Origin: an uncultured Candidatus Saccharibacteria bacterium
GTDB taxonomy: Bacteria > Patescibacteriota > Saccharimonadia > Saccharimonadales > JACDBH01
NCBI GenBank assembly: GCA_964431415.1
Contig: CAYSJS010000003.1
Span: forward strand, 36,422 to 100,421
DNA: 64,000 nucleotides
Direction of reading: 5' to 3'
Shown here piece by piece: positions 8,390 through 17,238 of this stretch (positions within the stretch are counted from its first letter, which is position 1; each line of letters begins with the position of its first letter). The notes beneath the pieces were generated by a model that did no database searches, was not told where the DNA came from, and was given only the letters and a program-made list of their open reading frames with translations. The position numbers and the translations under genes are program-made.

Positions 8390-10327
8390 TCACACCAGAG
8401 CGGCCTTTATTCTGCGGATGCCAGCGCTTGAAGCCTCTCCCTTGAGGATTTTAAACTGCTTGCCATCTTCGAACAGCTGCAAGGTATGATCAACGTGCGG
8501 CCCGCCGCAGATTTCAAAGCTAAACGGTCTTTCGTCTTTGGGAGACGCAGGGTCTTTCATCGAATATACTTTAACCGTTTCGCCGTAGCGATCCCCAAAC
8601 TGCCCAAGTGCGCCCATATCTTCACGGGCAACTTTGGTGGGATATTCAGCCCAAGATACTTGCAGGTCTTTGGCGATTTCGCGGTTCACAATTTCTTCAA
8701 CTTTGGCAATTTGTTCCGGAGTCACCTTTTCCGGGTGGCTAAAGTCAAAACGCAGGCGCTCTTCGGTTATGTTGCTACCGTTTTGAACGACATGGTCACC
8801 CAGCACTTCACGCAGTGCCTGATACATGAGGTGCGTCGCGGTGTGGTATTTCTTGTGCTGCATGCTATGGCCGCCCAAACCACCCTTAAAGGTCCCTTTG
8901 GCAGCTGTTTGGCTCATCAACTTCTGCTTAAGCATGTCGGCGTCAAAATCCTGATCAAAGTCATCAGCTACCTCGATGCCCCTCTTCCACGCCTCTTCTT
9001 TCGAAAGTTCCCGAGGAAAACCGTAGGTATCATACAGTTTAAAGCCATCGCCACCCATCAATATTGATTTCGTCTCAACCTTACCATCAAGAGTGTGTAC
9101 TTCGTACTTTTTCTGAACCATTTTCTCAAACTCTTTAATGCCATTTCTAAGCGTTTGACGGAAGACTTTCTCTTCTTTTGCGAGAACCTCCAGGACTTTT
9201 TCGCGGTTTTCGGCAACTTCCGGGAAATCGGCATGATACATATCGGCAATGACCGGCACCACTTCTTGCATAAAATTCTGCTCAATGCCAAGGTCAAAAG
9301 CCTTTAGGATGGCTCGGCGCATAAGCCGGCGCATCACGTAACCCTGCTCTTTGTTGCTTGGCACAACACCGTCTACCGCCAGGAATGTTGCGGCACGAAG
9401 ATGATCTGCAATGACCCGCATACTTTCCGTGTGTGACTCGTAAGATTTACCAGATAAGTTCTGGAGTTTTTCAATAATAGGCCATAACAGGCTGATCTTA
9501 AACATATCAGGGTCATTAATTGCAGCCTGGGCTATTCGCTCTAACCCTCCACCGAAATCAACATTTTGTGCCGGCAGTTTTTCAAAACCATTCTCGGTCT
9601 TTAAATATTCCATAAATACTGAGTTGCCTATTTCGATATATCTGCCGCAATCACAGTTTGGGTGGCATAATTCTCCCCATTTAGTATCATGCTCAACGCC
9701 GTCTAGCAAAAAGAAGACTTCGCTGTCTGGACCGCAAGGTTCGCCGTTCTTTACTTTTGCGGGTGCGCCATCGCGACTCCACCAGTTTTTCTCATCATAA
9801 AAGAAAATTCGTCCGTCTTGTTCGCCGACTTTATAGCCATTTTCTTCACTACCAACTTCAACTTCTTTAGCGTCAATGCCAACACCATCAAATAATCTTT
9901 TCCATATTCCAGCACTTTCTGTATCTTTTGGGACGCCATATTCTGGGAAACCAATACAACAAGTGACAAATAATTTATTAGGGTCAAGACCAATTTCTTT
10001 GGTTAAAAATTCAAAGAACCACGGTAATTGCTCTTTTTTGAAATAATCACCTAAAGACCAGTTACCTAGCATCTCAAAAAATGTTGTGTGCCTGTTATCG
10101 CCAATCTCATCGATGTCTTGAGCTCTTAGGCAAGTCTGACTATCTGTAATCCTCGTTCCTTCAGGATGTTTTTCACCTAACAAATACGGTATTAAGGGCT
10201 GCATGCCGGAACCCGTAAATAGTACCGACGGCTCATTGTAAGGCACCATTAAAGCCCTGGGCACAACAGCGTGGCCTTGTTTCTTAAAATATTCTAAATA
10301 TTTATTTCTAATTTCTTGTGCGGTCAT
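8390..10327 (-). CDS. alaS: Alanine--tRNA ligase, short form (catalytic, tRNA-recognition and editing domains; no C-Ala domain)
   Basis: N-terminal class II core (FTGSGMQPLIPY, FFEMLGNWSLGDYFK). Editing-domain zinc motif HTATHL...CGGPHV near the C-terminus. At 645 aa it is about 230 aa shorter than canonical AlaRS. Confidence 0.9.
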   Translation of the reverse strand: MTAQEIRNKYLEYFKKQGHAVVPRALMVPYNEPSVLFTGSGMQPLIPYLLGEKHPEGTRITDSQTCLRAQDIDEIGDNRHTTFFEMLGNWSLGDYFKKEQLPWFFEFLTKEIGLDPNKLFVTCCIGFPEYGVPKDTESAGIWKRLFDGVGIDAKEVEVGSEENGYKVGEQDGRIFFYDEKNWWSRDGAPAKVKNGEPCGPDSEVFFLLDGVEHDTKWGELCHPNCDCGRYIEIGNSVFMEYLKTENGFEKLPAQNVDFGGGLERIAQAAINDPDMFKISLLWPIIEKLQNLSGKSYESHTESMRVIADHLRAATFLAVDGVVPSNKEQGYVMRRLMRRAILKAFDLGIEQNFMQEVVPVIADMYHADFPEVAENREKVLEVLAKEEKVFRQTLRNGIKEFEKMVQKKYEVHTLDGKVETKSILMGGDGFKLYDTYGFPRELSKEEAWKRGIEVADDFDQDFDADMLKQKLMSQTAAKGTFKGGLGGHSMQHKKYHTATHLMYQALREVLGDHVVQNGSNITEERLRFDFSHPEKVTPEQIAKVEEIVNREIAKDLQVSWAEYPTKVAREDMGALGQFGDRYGETVKVYSMKDPASPKDERPFSFEICGGPHVDHTLQLFEDGKQFKILKGEASSAGIRRIKAALV

Positions 10328-10466
10328 ACATTTTCCTTGGTTATGCTAACAAATTACTATCATGTATATAGAAGCTACTACTTGTAGCGTACCGCGCATG
10401 CCGTTGCAGTTCCGATTAGCATTAAAATCATTCGCCCATTATAACAGAGGTAAGACTTTCGTGAAA

Positions 10467-12230
10467 CTAGTACAGTTTGTTGCGAGACAAGCCACCCCAC
10501 TCAACCACCGTAAAGCCACTACGCTTTTGAGCGCTTAAACTTTGCTTTGGCATTGCAACTGGCGTGTCATATCCGGCCATATCTAGGAAAACACGGAGCA
10601 TCGTGTCCGGCTTTGGCGTAATGGTGAGTGGTGCAAGCTGATTGAGCTGCTCGGTCGTAAACCACGTTAAGCGCACGTATTGGTTGTTCGGAATCTTCAT
10701 GCCCCAATATTCCATAAAGTCGGTTACCTCCGCTCCACGCAAGCCTTGCTCACGGAGCTGCCTTTCAATCGTAGTATGTGCGTCTTGGCGCCGTACCACC
10801 GTTCCGCTTGAAATACTTGGGTACTCTCCATGCCCTGGCCCTTCCCAAAACAGTGAGCCATATGTTCGGCCTTGTACATTTAGCAAACCACTAGGCCACG
10901 CAAACGCATTCCAGCCCGTTCTGGGATCGTACTGCGGGTCAGATATTTTAACATCAGCGCCGACTTTTACCGTAACCACCTGCGGAACGGATGGATATAA
11001 ATAGACAACCGGTTTAGCACAGCCGCCGATCGGTGCATACTCATCGCTTGTATAGATTAATATGCCGTTATTAGGACTTTGGAAAGCAAAAATGGCGTGA
11101 TTTTTTATAAAATCTTCGAGGCTCATATTGGCCTTCTTGGCATCGGCACCCACATAAAATTCTTTTGTTTCTTGGTACGCTTTTTGGACTATGGTGTTAC
11201 CAGAATCTTTAAAATGATATAGCTGCTGGCCTGTAGCGGTTTTTCCTGCCGGCACGAGATCCTGCAGTGTTACTTCTTCTCCGCGGCTTACCGAAACACC
11301 CGAGCCGCAGCCTCGCACAATACCCCCGAACTTGCCGGTCACAGTAGTGCCGTTATCCCAGATTATTCCCGCAAAATCTTCCTTTAGCGGTACATAGGTC
11401 ATGGTTATTTCGGTTGCTATGGGAGTCTGGACGCGGTAACTAATTGCCGTAAGTTTTGTGTCGGCATATGTCTTTTCTACCTTGACGAGCTTGCTCCCCC
11501 CATATGTTTTTACAACCGTCGTCTTGATGCCACTGCTATCTTTGGGCAAGCTCGTGCCAACAGTCGGCCATTCCGGAAGGGTTAATACCTCTGAATTTTC
11601 AAGCTGCAACTGTGCCGGCACGCTTAACGAATCGTAATGCTGCGTCGTGTTGATGGTTATATTTGAAGCTACTCCATCCGCAATCCTGTCGTACTCCGTT
11701 GAATACGTTTGGTTTGCATTTGGATGCAAAATTAAACTAACCTGACCAGACTCGGTTTTTTCAAAAAGGTGCGTAAACTCACCAGCGTCGTATACGCGCG
11801 CTTTAATAATAGTAACGTTACCCCGCTTGCCTACCTCGTAATATTTGACCATCTCGGCATCTTCTTTATTGTAAGTAGTATCCAAATATCCTTGGAGGGG
11901 CATTTCTTTTGGTTCTGTGTACCATGTTTCGCCAGTTGTGGGAGCGGCAAATTTCTTGAGTAACTTTTCGGTTTCCGTGTCGGCAACGATCGTCGCTTCT
12001 TTTGGTGCAGAAACCGCCGGTGTTTGCTCGCTGGTAGATGGCGCTGCCGCCTTTTCTCTGCCAAGGATAAAGTAGCCGATTATGGTTGCAGCAATAAACA
12101 GCAACACCCCAAAAATAATAATTTGTTTTTTATGAAAGCGACTTGGCTTTTTTGGCTTGGCAACCGTGCTTTCAGCGGCTGCGGAGGGCGCTTTATTTTC
12201 TTCGGTTCTTTGCAGAGATTCAGGATCCAT
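10467..12230 (-). CDS. Hypothetical membrane-anchored extracytoplasmic protein (587 aa)
   Basis: Basic and Ala-rich N-terminus, then a TM helix (IIIFGVLLFIAATIIGYFIL), then a large mixed alpha/beta domain. No recognised motif. Confidence 0.5.
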   Translation of the reverse strand: MDPESLQRTEENKAPSAAAESTVAKPKKPSRFHKKQIIIFGVLLFIAATIIGYFILGREKAAAPSTSEQTPAVSAPKEATIVADTETEKLLKKFAAPTTGETWYTEPKEMPLQGYLDTTYNKEDAEMVKYYEVGKRGNVTIIKARVYDAGEFTHLFEKTESGQVSLILHPNANQTYSTEYDRIADGVASNITINTTQHYDSLSVPAQLQLENSEVLTLPEWPTVGTSLPKDSSGIKTTVVKTYGGSKLVKVEKTYADTKLTAISYRVQTPIATEITMTYVPLKEDFAGIIWDNGTTVTGKFGGIVRGCGSGVSVSRGEEVTLQDLVPAGKTATGQQLYHFKDSGNTIVQKAYQETKEFYVGADAKKANMSLEDFIKNHAIFAFQSPNNGILIYTSDEYAPIGGCAKPVVYLYPSVPQVVTVKVGADVKISDPQYDPRTGWNAFAWPSGLLNVQGRTYGSLFWEGPGHGEYPSISSGTVVRRQDAHTTIERQLREQGLRGAEVTDFMEYWGMKIPNNQYVRLTWFTTEQLNQLAPLTITPKPDTMLRVFLDMAGYDTPVAMPKQSLSAQKRSGFTVVEWGGLSRNKLY

Positions 12231-12296
12231 GGGATTTGCTCCTTATGTATTACCATAAGCATACACCAAAGTAACGCGCCGTAACATAGACCGTTT

Positions 12297-13391
12297 TTAG
12301 ATCAATATACCGCCACCGAGAACTTTTTCTCCATCGTATATAACCGCTGACTGACCCGGAGTGAGCGCACGAATCGGATCATCAAGTTGTACTTCTATAC
12401 CATTATCCAGTGTATGCACCCGAGCGCCAATTAGTGGCGATCGATGGCGGGTGCGCACCTGCACCTTCTTTCCGTCTTTGGGCGTTTCACGTATCCAATG
12501 TACGCTGGTCATTGTAAAGTTTTCATGCCAGAGGCGCTCATCGGATATATCGGTCGTGACATAGACCTCGTTTGTCTGCATATCTTTTCCGACCACATAA
12601 AAAGGCATGCCGCCGCCGACATCAAGCCCATGTCGCTGACCAATGGTATAAAATATGGCGCCGTCATGCTGGCCAACGCGCTTGCCGTTCTGGTCTATAA
12701 TCGCACCGGGCTGCTGCGGGCCTAGTTCATGAAGCAGAAACTCTTTAATTCCTACTTTGCCGACAAAACATATGCCCATGCTTTCTTTTTTTGTGGCCGT
12801 TACCAAGCCAAACTCCTCGGCCAGACGGCGCACTTCGGGCTTGGTTAGATCCCCTAAGGGGAAAAGGGTGTGCATGAGTGCTTGCTCGGTAATTCTATAC
12901 AAGAAATATGTCTGATCTTTGTTGTCATCCTTTGCTTTTCGCATTTCTGCAGCCGCAATGCTACCATCTTCGCGTAAACTATGATGAACGCGGGCGTAAT
13001 GACCGGTCGCAATCATATCCGCCCCATCTTCAAGCGCCGCTTCTAGGAACAGTTTAAACTTAACCTCCTGATTGCACATAATATCCGGGTTGGGCGTTCT
13101 GCCCGCCTGATATTCGGCCACCATGTAGTCGACAACTTTTTGGCGGTATTCTTTTTCAAAATCATACATCTTAAACGGTATGTCGAGCTGTACCGCAACC
13201 CGCTTGGCATCAGTAAAGTCAACTTTCCATGGACAAGTAAAACCGGGCAGGTCCTGACTCCAGTTTTTCATATAGACACCCGTAACCTGATAGCCTTGCT
13301 TTTTCAGCAAGGCCGCCGTCACCGAAGAGTCAACTCCGCCAGATAGTCCAACATATACACGTTTTGACATGTCGACAGTATACCATCTCAT
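12297..13391 (-). CDS. mnmA: tRNA-specific 2-thiouridylase MnmA
   Basis: PP-loop SGGVDSSV, the catalytic-Cys region and the overall MnmA/TrmU architecture. Confidence 0.9.
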   Translation of the reverse strand: MRWYTVDMSKRVYVGLSGGVDSSVTAALLKKQGYQVTGVYMKNWSQDLPGFTCPWKVDFTDAKRVAVQLDIPFKMYDFEKEYRQKVVDYMVAEYQAGRTPNPDIMCNQEVKFKLFLEAALEDGADMIATGHYARVHHSLREDGSIAAAEMRKAKDDNKDQTYFLYRITEQALMHTLFPLGDLTKPEVRRLAEEFGLVTATKKESMGICFVGKVGIKEFLLHELGPQQPGAIIDQNGKRVGQHDGAIFYTIGQRHGLDVGGGMPFYVVGKDMQTNEVYVTTDISDERLWHENFTMTSVHWIRETPKDGKKVQVRTRHRSPLIGARVHTLDNGIEVQLDDPIRALTPGQSAVIYDGEKVLGGGILI

Positions 13392-13442
13392 CTGTTATGG
13401 GGACACTACAAGGGGCGTAGATAACGCACTGTACGTTTTAAT

Positions 13443-14375
13443 TTAATACCGCACGCGCTTTTCGGCTTGGCGCCGGAGTGTAGTCAGCTGATCCCTGCGG
13501 CCCAGCCAAAACGCAACTATAGTCATAAGCGCTGATACGGCAAGCGGCCACCAAAGCACCACCTGCCGTACCGTCGCCTTTGTTACATCTGCCGTATTGT
13601 TCTGCACTGCGCCGTTAGCAACCGCCACAACCTGCAAAAATGCCGTATTACCGTTCGCATCCGTTACCTTGACGACCACGGTATAGGTCCCGGCACTTGT
13701 GTAGGTATGTTTTACGGTAAAAAGCCCTCCCGCGCTCCGGCTTACCAAGTCGGTTGTGCCATCACCCCAGTTTACGCTTACCGCAAACGGTGCCGTACCA
13801 CCGCTGATAGAGAACGGCCATTCCAGCTCCTCGTTTGGGTTAGCTCCTCGTTTGGCAAAAAAGCTAGTCAAAGAGACACGCGGACCCGAGGCATTAAACC
13901 CGGTTTGGTTATAGGTAACTTTTACAGTATTAGAATCTGGCCCTTGCTGATCAAGTGCATCATATATACGGACAACAATGTTGTTTTCGCCGCTAAACAA
14001 GTCCACAGACAAGCTATAGCTGCCGTTAAGACACTGCGCGGAACCTACAAACACGCCGTTTGAAAATACCTTTACGAGTACATCTCCGCTACACAAGCCG
14101 CTAACTGTAATTGGTATGGCGGTCACCGTCTGACCGTTTTGAGGAGTCGTGACGGTGGGAGCCACAGAAGGTGGGTCAGCTGGTATTACCGCCTGGAGTC
14201 CTGATGATTGCGAAGCCGGACCCGGATCCGCATGCATTTTTCCTGTCATTAACGCAACACTAAGCACACTCAGCAAGCAAAACGCTATAAGTCGCATAAA
14301 ATAGAGTCTAGAGTAGGCACGAGTCATTAAACTGATTATAGCAAACCTTTTATGCTTTACTCTAGCAACACCCAA
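13443..14375 (-). CDS. Secreted PKD-domain protein with a C-terminal membrane anchor
   Basis: Signal peptide (LIAFCLLSVLSVALMTG). PKD-like block (VSVNWGDGTTD...HTYTSAGTYTVVVKVTDANGNTA). C-terminal hydrophobic helix followed by basic residues (LWWPLAVSALMTIVAFWLGRRDQ). Confidence 0.55.
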   Translation of the reverse strand: MGVARVKHKRFAIISLMTRAYSRLYFMRLIAFCLLSVLSVALMTGKMHADPGPASQSSGLQAVIPADPPSVAPTVTTPQNGQTVTAIPITVSGLCSGDVLVKVFSNGVFVGSAQCLNGSYSLSVDLFSGENNIVVRIYDALDQQGPDSNTVKVTYNQTGFNASGPRVSLTSFFAKRGANPNEELEWPFSISGGTAPFAVSVNWGDGTTDLVSRSAGGLFTVKHTYTSAGTYTVVVKVTDANGNTAFLQVVAVANGAVQNNTADVTKATVRQVVLWWPLAVSALMTIVAFWLGRRDQLTTLRRQAEKRVRY

Positions 14376-14384
14376 ATGGGGTAT

Positions 14385-15350
14385 CTAGCGGCGCTTACTG
14401 CGGCGATTTTGCAAACGATGCACCAAGATGTATCCGGCAACAACAACCGCTACAAGCAGAACCAATCCGGCAATCACCGCCCAGAGCGGAACATACCAAA
14501 AGCTCGTTTTAGCGTTTATGAGGTCATTATCTGCCGATGGCTCATAGCCCAAGCTCGCCGTTACGGTGTAGTGACCAAACCACTTTTTCTTGCCCAGAGC
14601 TGTTTCAAACTTTCGTATGCTGTTAGGCAGGACGTTAGAGCGCGGTTCTTCGTTGTTGATCTCGACATTTGCTACCACTTTGCCACGCGAATCTTTAACC
14701 TGAATTTTTCCGTACGGCTTTTCGTGCGTATCACCATCGTTCTTAAGCCTTGTGACAATGCTCACATCGCCCCCAGTAATAAACTTTTTAGTTTTACCGT
14801 TAACGGCTGCACTTATTTGCTCAAGGGCGAGATGCTGCTTTATGTCACCGGGGACATTCACTAAAAAGAGCGACCCGACGCTTGCGGTCAGGTTGACGTT
14901 TGCTTGGCTGGCGTTATCGGCAGGAACAAAACGAACCGCCCCATAATAGCCGCCCGCTGCAGCGTCTGCGGGGATAGATATGGTAATATACACATCCTTA
15001 CGCTCATTAGCGGCTATGGTAAAGTCCGGAACACTCTGAACCAGCTTCTTCAGGCTGTGACTGGAGGCGGTTGCCCCATCCAGCAGCAACTGTGGCTGCC
15101 CACTTTCGGAATCGCTGGGAATAAAATCGTTAATCAGGGCTCGAACTTTCATCGGCAAGCCGGTTGGGTTCTCTACCGTTATTCTCTCCGTGCCCGATTT
15201 GCCTTTTTCTATAGTCATTTCGTTACGAATAGGCGAAACCCGGAAGCCGTTAGCGGTTTGGTTGGTGGACTGTGCAAAAGCCGAGCCGTTCATAATTGCC
15301 AGCAATGCAAGTACGGTTAGTACGCGACCAAGTCGCTGTAACATTTTCAT
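14385..15350 (-). CDS. Signal-peptide protein with an Ig-like N-domain resembling PapD-like pilus chaperones / DUF916 cell-surface proteins, plus a C-terminal TM anchor
   Basis: Signal peptide MKMLQRLGRVLTVLALLAIMNGSAFA. FRVSPIRNEMTIEKGKSGTERITVENPTGLPMKV matches the 'RvI.p....ges.sltv.N.g..p' start of PapD_N/DUF916 domains (from memory). The C-terminus is a TM helix plus a basic tail (VIAGLVLLVAVVVAGYILVHRLQNRRSKRR). Confidence 0.45.
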   Translation of the reverse strand: MKMLQRLGRVLTVLALLAIMNGSAFAQSTNQTANGFRVSPIRNEMTIEKGKSGTERITVENPTGLPMKVRALINDFIPSDSESGQPQLLLDGATASSHSLKKLVQSVPDFTIAANERKDVYITISIPADAAAGGYYGAVRFVPADNASQANVNLTASVGSLFLVNVPGDIKQHLALEQISAAVNGKTKKFITGGDVSIVTRLKNDGDTHEKPYGKIQVKDSRGKVVANVEINNEEPRSNVLPNSIRKFETALGKKKWFGHYTVTASLGYEPSADNDLINAKTSFWYVPLWAVIAGLVLLVAVVVAGYILVHRLQNRRSKRR

Positions 15351-15472
15351 AACGATTGTAATATACCCCTAGAATTTAATGATAACGCACTTATGGTAAC
15401 AGAGAATTCGTGTCGTTGTCCATCTAAAAAGCACTAGTGGTTTTTACTACAATTACCTAGAATAGAGTTAGT

Positions 15473-16147
15473 ATGTACAGAATCGGGCACCGGAAAAAGC
15501 GCATTCGTCATCACGTTGTTGTGATTAGTTTGGTGGTTTTTGTAATCGCTGCAGTTACAGGCAGTATCTTTTGGCTTTTGCTACTCCGTTCGGACGTCAC
15601 GTATATTGAACAGACCGAACCTGGCACCCAAACGTTTGACCCAGAAGAAGCCAACAAGAATGTAAAAATAGATACCCCGCTCTATACTATGGAACTGCCA
15701 AAGGACTGGAAACAAATCAGCCAGAACAAGGACGACCGTTACGCAAGCACGGAATGGCAGTTACAGACAGGCATGTCCAACCGGTGGATCGAGTTATACA
15801 CCGACCGCATACCGCCAGAGAAAGTGTTTAATAAAATTATCCCCGTCACCATCAGCAACAACGTTATAGTTCCGGAGGCCGCTTCAGACAACTGTATTAA
15901 ATTCACCCAGTCATCCAGTACAAGCCTGATTGTGGCATCAAAATGGCAGAATGCTCCTTTCTTATGTGATTTTAGCCACTGGAACGACAATATTGTTGGT
16001 GTCTCCGAAAAGAATAAAGGTACAGTTTTCTCACTAACCGGCCCCTCGAAGGGTACGCACACATACATGTTCGTCTATACAGACAGAGGCATACCAGAAG
16101 ATTCACAGCCAATTATAACCGCGCTTTCTACACTGCGGCCAAAATAG
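15473..16147 (+). CDS. Hypothetical bitopic membrane protein (N-in, one TM, extracytoplasmic domain) embedded in the surface-protein cluster
   Basis: Basic N-terminus, then TM VVVISLVVFVIAAVTGSIFWLLLL, then a 180-aa hydrophilic domain. It is the only plus-strand gene inside the cluster. Confidence 0.45.
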   Translation: MYRIGHRKKRIRHHVVVISLVVFVIAAVTGSIFWLLLLRSDVTYIEQTEPGTQTFDPEEANKNVKIDTPLYTMELPKDWKQISQNKDDRYASTEWQLQTGMSNRWIELYTDRIPPEKVFNKIIPVTISNNVIVPEAASDNCIKFTQSSSTSLIVASKWQNAPFLCDFSHWNDNIVGVSEKNKGTVFSLTGPSKGTHTYMFVYTDRGIPEDSQPIITALSTLRPK

Positions 16148-16149
16148 TT

Positions 16150-17211
16150 TTAGTAGTTTCCGACCGCTAAGTAGGTAATGGTCGTAGCATAGTACCCAGA
16201 CGGCTGGCTGGCATTTATATTCACGATGTAACTCGCCGTAAATATGCGGTAATTGTCAGGACCACCGACGCTTGCGATCGCATCGCCGTTTTTAAAGATA
16301 TAATTATCAGGAACGGCATAATTCCCTACCGGCGATGCACTTCCCGGACCGCTCGGCTCGGCGCCTACATTGGGCGCAATATTACTGCGCAAGTTCATAC
16401 CAAACTGGTTGGTTCCCGGTAGAGAAACGCTAAGCGTACTGAGCGGGGGCAAAACATTGTTGCCTGACGTGAGCGAATTACCCAAAACACTGATCGTATA
16501 GCCGTTGTCGGCGTTGGTTGCCGCCGCAAACTGAGATGTTCCGCTTTTGGCTGTCGCCGTAGAAAGCGCCCCAAAATCAACAATCGAACCGACCGGCGCC
16601 GTACAATCATTGGTTGTGATTGTCGTCCCAACACATAAGTCAATGTAAGGCGGAACGGTTGTCGAAATGGTCAAATCGCCCAAAATTGCATAGGCGATAC
16701 CGGCGGCATCAGTCAGGGCCCCTCCGGCGCTCGCGCCCGAAAATATTTGTAACCGCACGTACTGCGAACCTACGTTGTCGGGGTTTTCTACGCCCCCTAG
16801 TTCGAACCGAAAGCTCGTGGCATTAACCGCGCTTGGCGGGCGAGAAAGCACTATTTTATGCGCATTAGTCATAGGAATGTCTTTAAAAAAGTCGTTAGTG
16901 CCCGACTGCGAAAGTATGGTTGCAGAGCTAATATCAAAACCGCTCGGCACCGTACAAGACGTGCCTGGGAAAGGGTCGTTTTCGCAAAATTCAATTTCTA
17001 CTGATCCGATCGTGGTCGTAGAAATCGTATCAAAACCTATCTCATATGTTACGCCCACATGCCCGGCAACACTGTCAGACAATTTGACATATCTATTGGG
17101 TAAGGTGCTCGAAAAAGCACCGGTATGCGTAAGCGGTCTTACTGTCATAAGTAAGACCGCTAAGCCTAAGATGAGCAGGCTCTTTTTGTGATCACCTACA
17201 CGTAGACGCAT
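16150..17211 (-). CDS. Secreted Thr/Ser/Gly-rich protein, paralog 1 of 3, with two SCPU/Csu-pilin-like repeats
   Basis: Signal peptide. Two Cys pairs (FCENDPFPGTSC; LCVGTTITTNDC). QFGMNL motif. C-terminus ...FTASYIVNINASQPSGYYATTITYLAVGNY-COOH is clearly homologous to the C-termini of the next two ORFs. Confidence 0.5.
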   Translation of the reverse strand: MRLRVGDHKKSLLILGLAVLLMTVRPLTHTGAFSSTLPNRYVKLSDSVAGHVGVTYEIGFDTISTTTIGSVEIEFCENDPFPGTSCTVPSGFDISSATILSQSGTNDFFKDIPMTNAHKIVLSRPPSAVNATSFRFELGGVENPDNVGSQYVRLQIFSGASAGGALTDAAGIAYAILGDLTISTTVPPYIDLCVGTTITTNDCTAPVGSIVDFGALSTATAKSGTSQFAAATNADNGYTISVLGNSLTSGNNVLPPLSTLSVSLPGTNQFGMNLRSNIAPNVGAEPSGPGSASPVGNYAVPDNYIFKNGDAIASVGGPDNYRIFTASYIVNINASQPSGYYATTITYLAVGNY

Positions 17212-17238
17212 GTAACCGCCTTTCCCTTTATTTAGGGC

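Noticed and set aside
8202-8393. 63-aa ORF overlapping the alaS 3' end
   Set aside because: It overlaps both alaS and the 8077-8352 ORF in another frame. It has a basic, low-complexity translation, so it is likely spurious.
10328-10466. Possible T-box leader upstream of alaS
   Set aside because: No T-box consensus (AATTAGGGTGGNACCGCG) or specifier/antiterminator structure is recognisable in the 139-bp leader.
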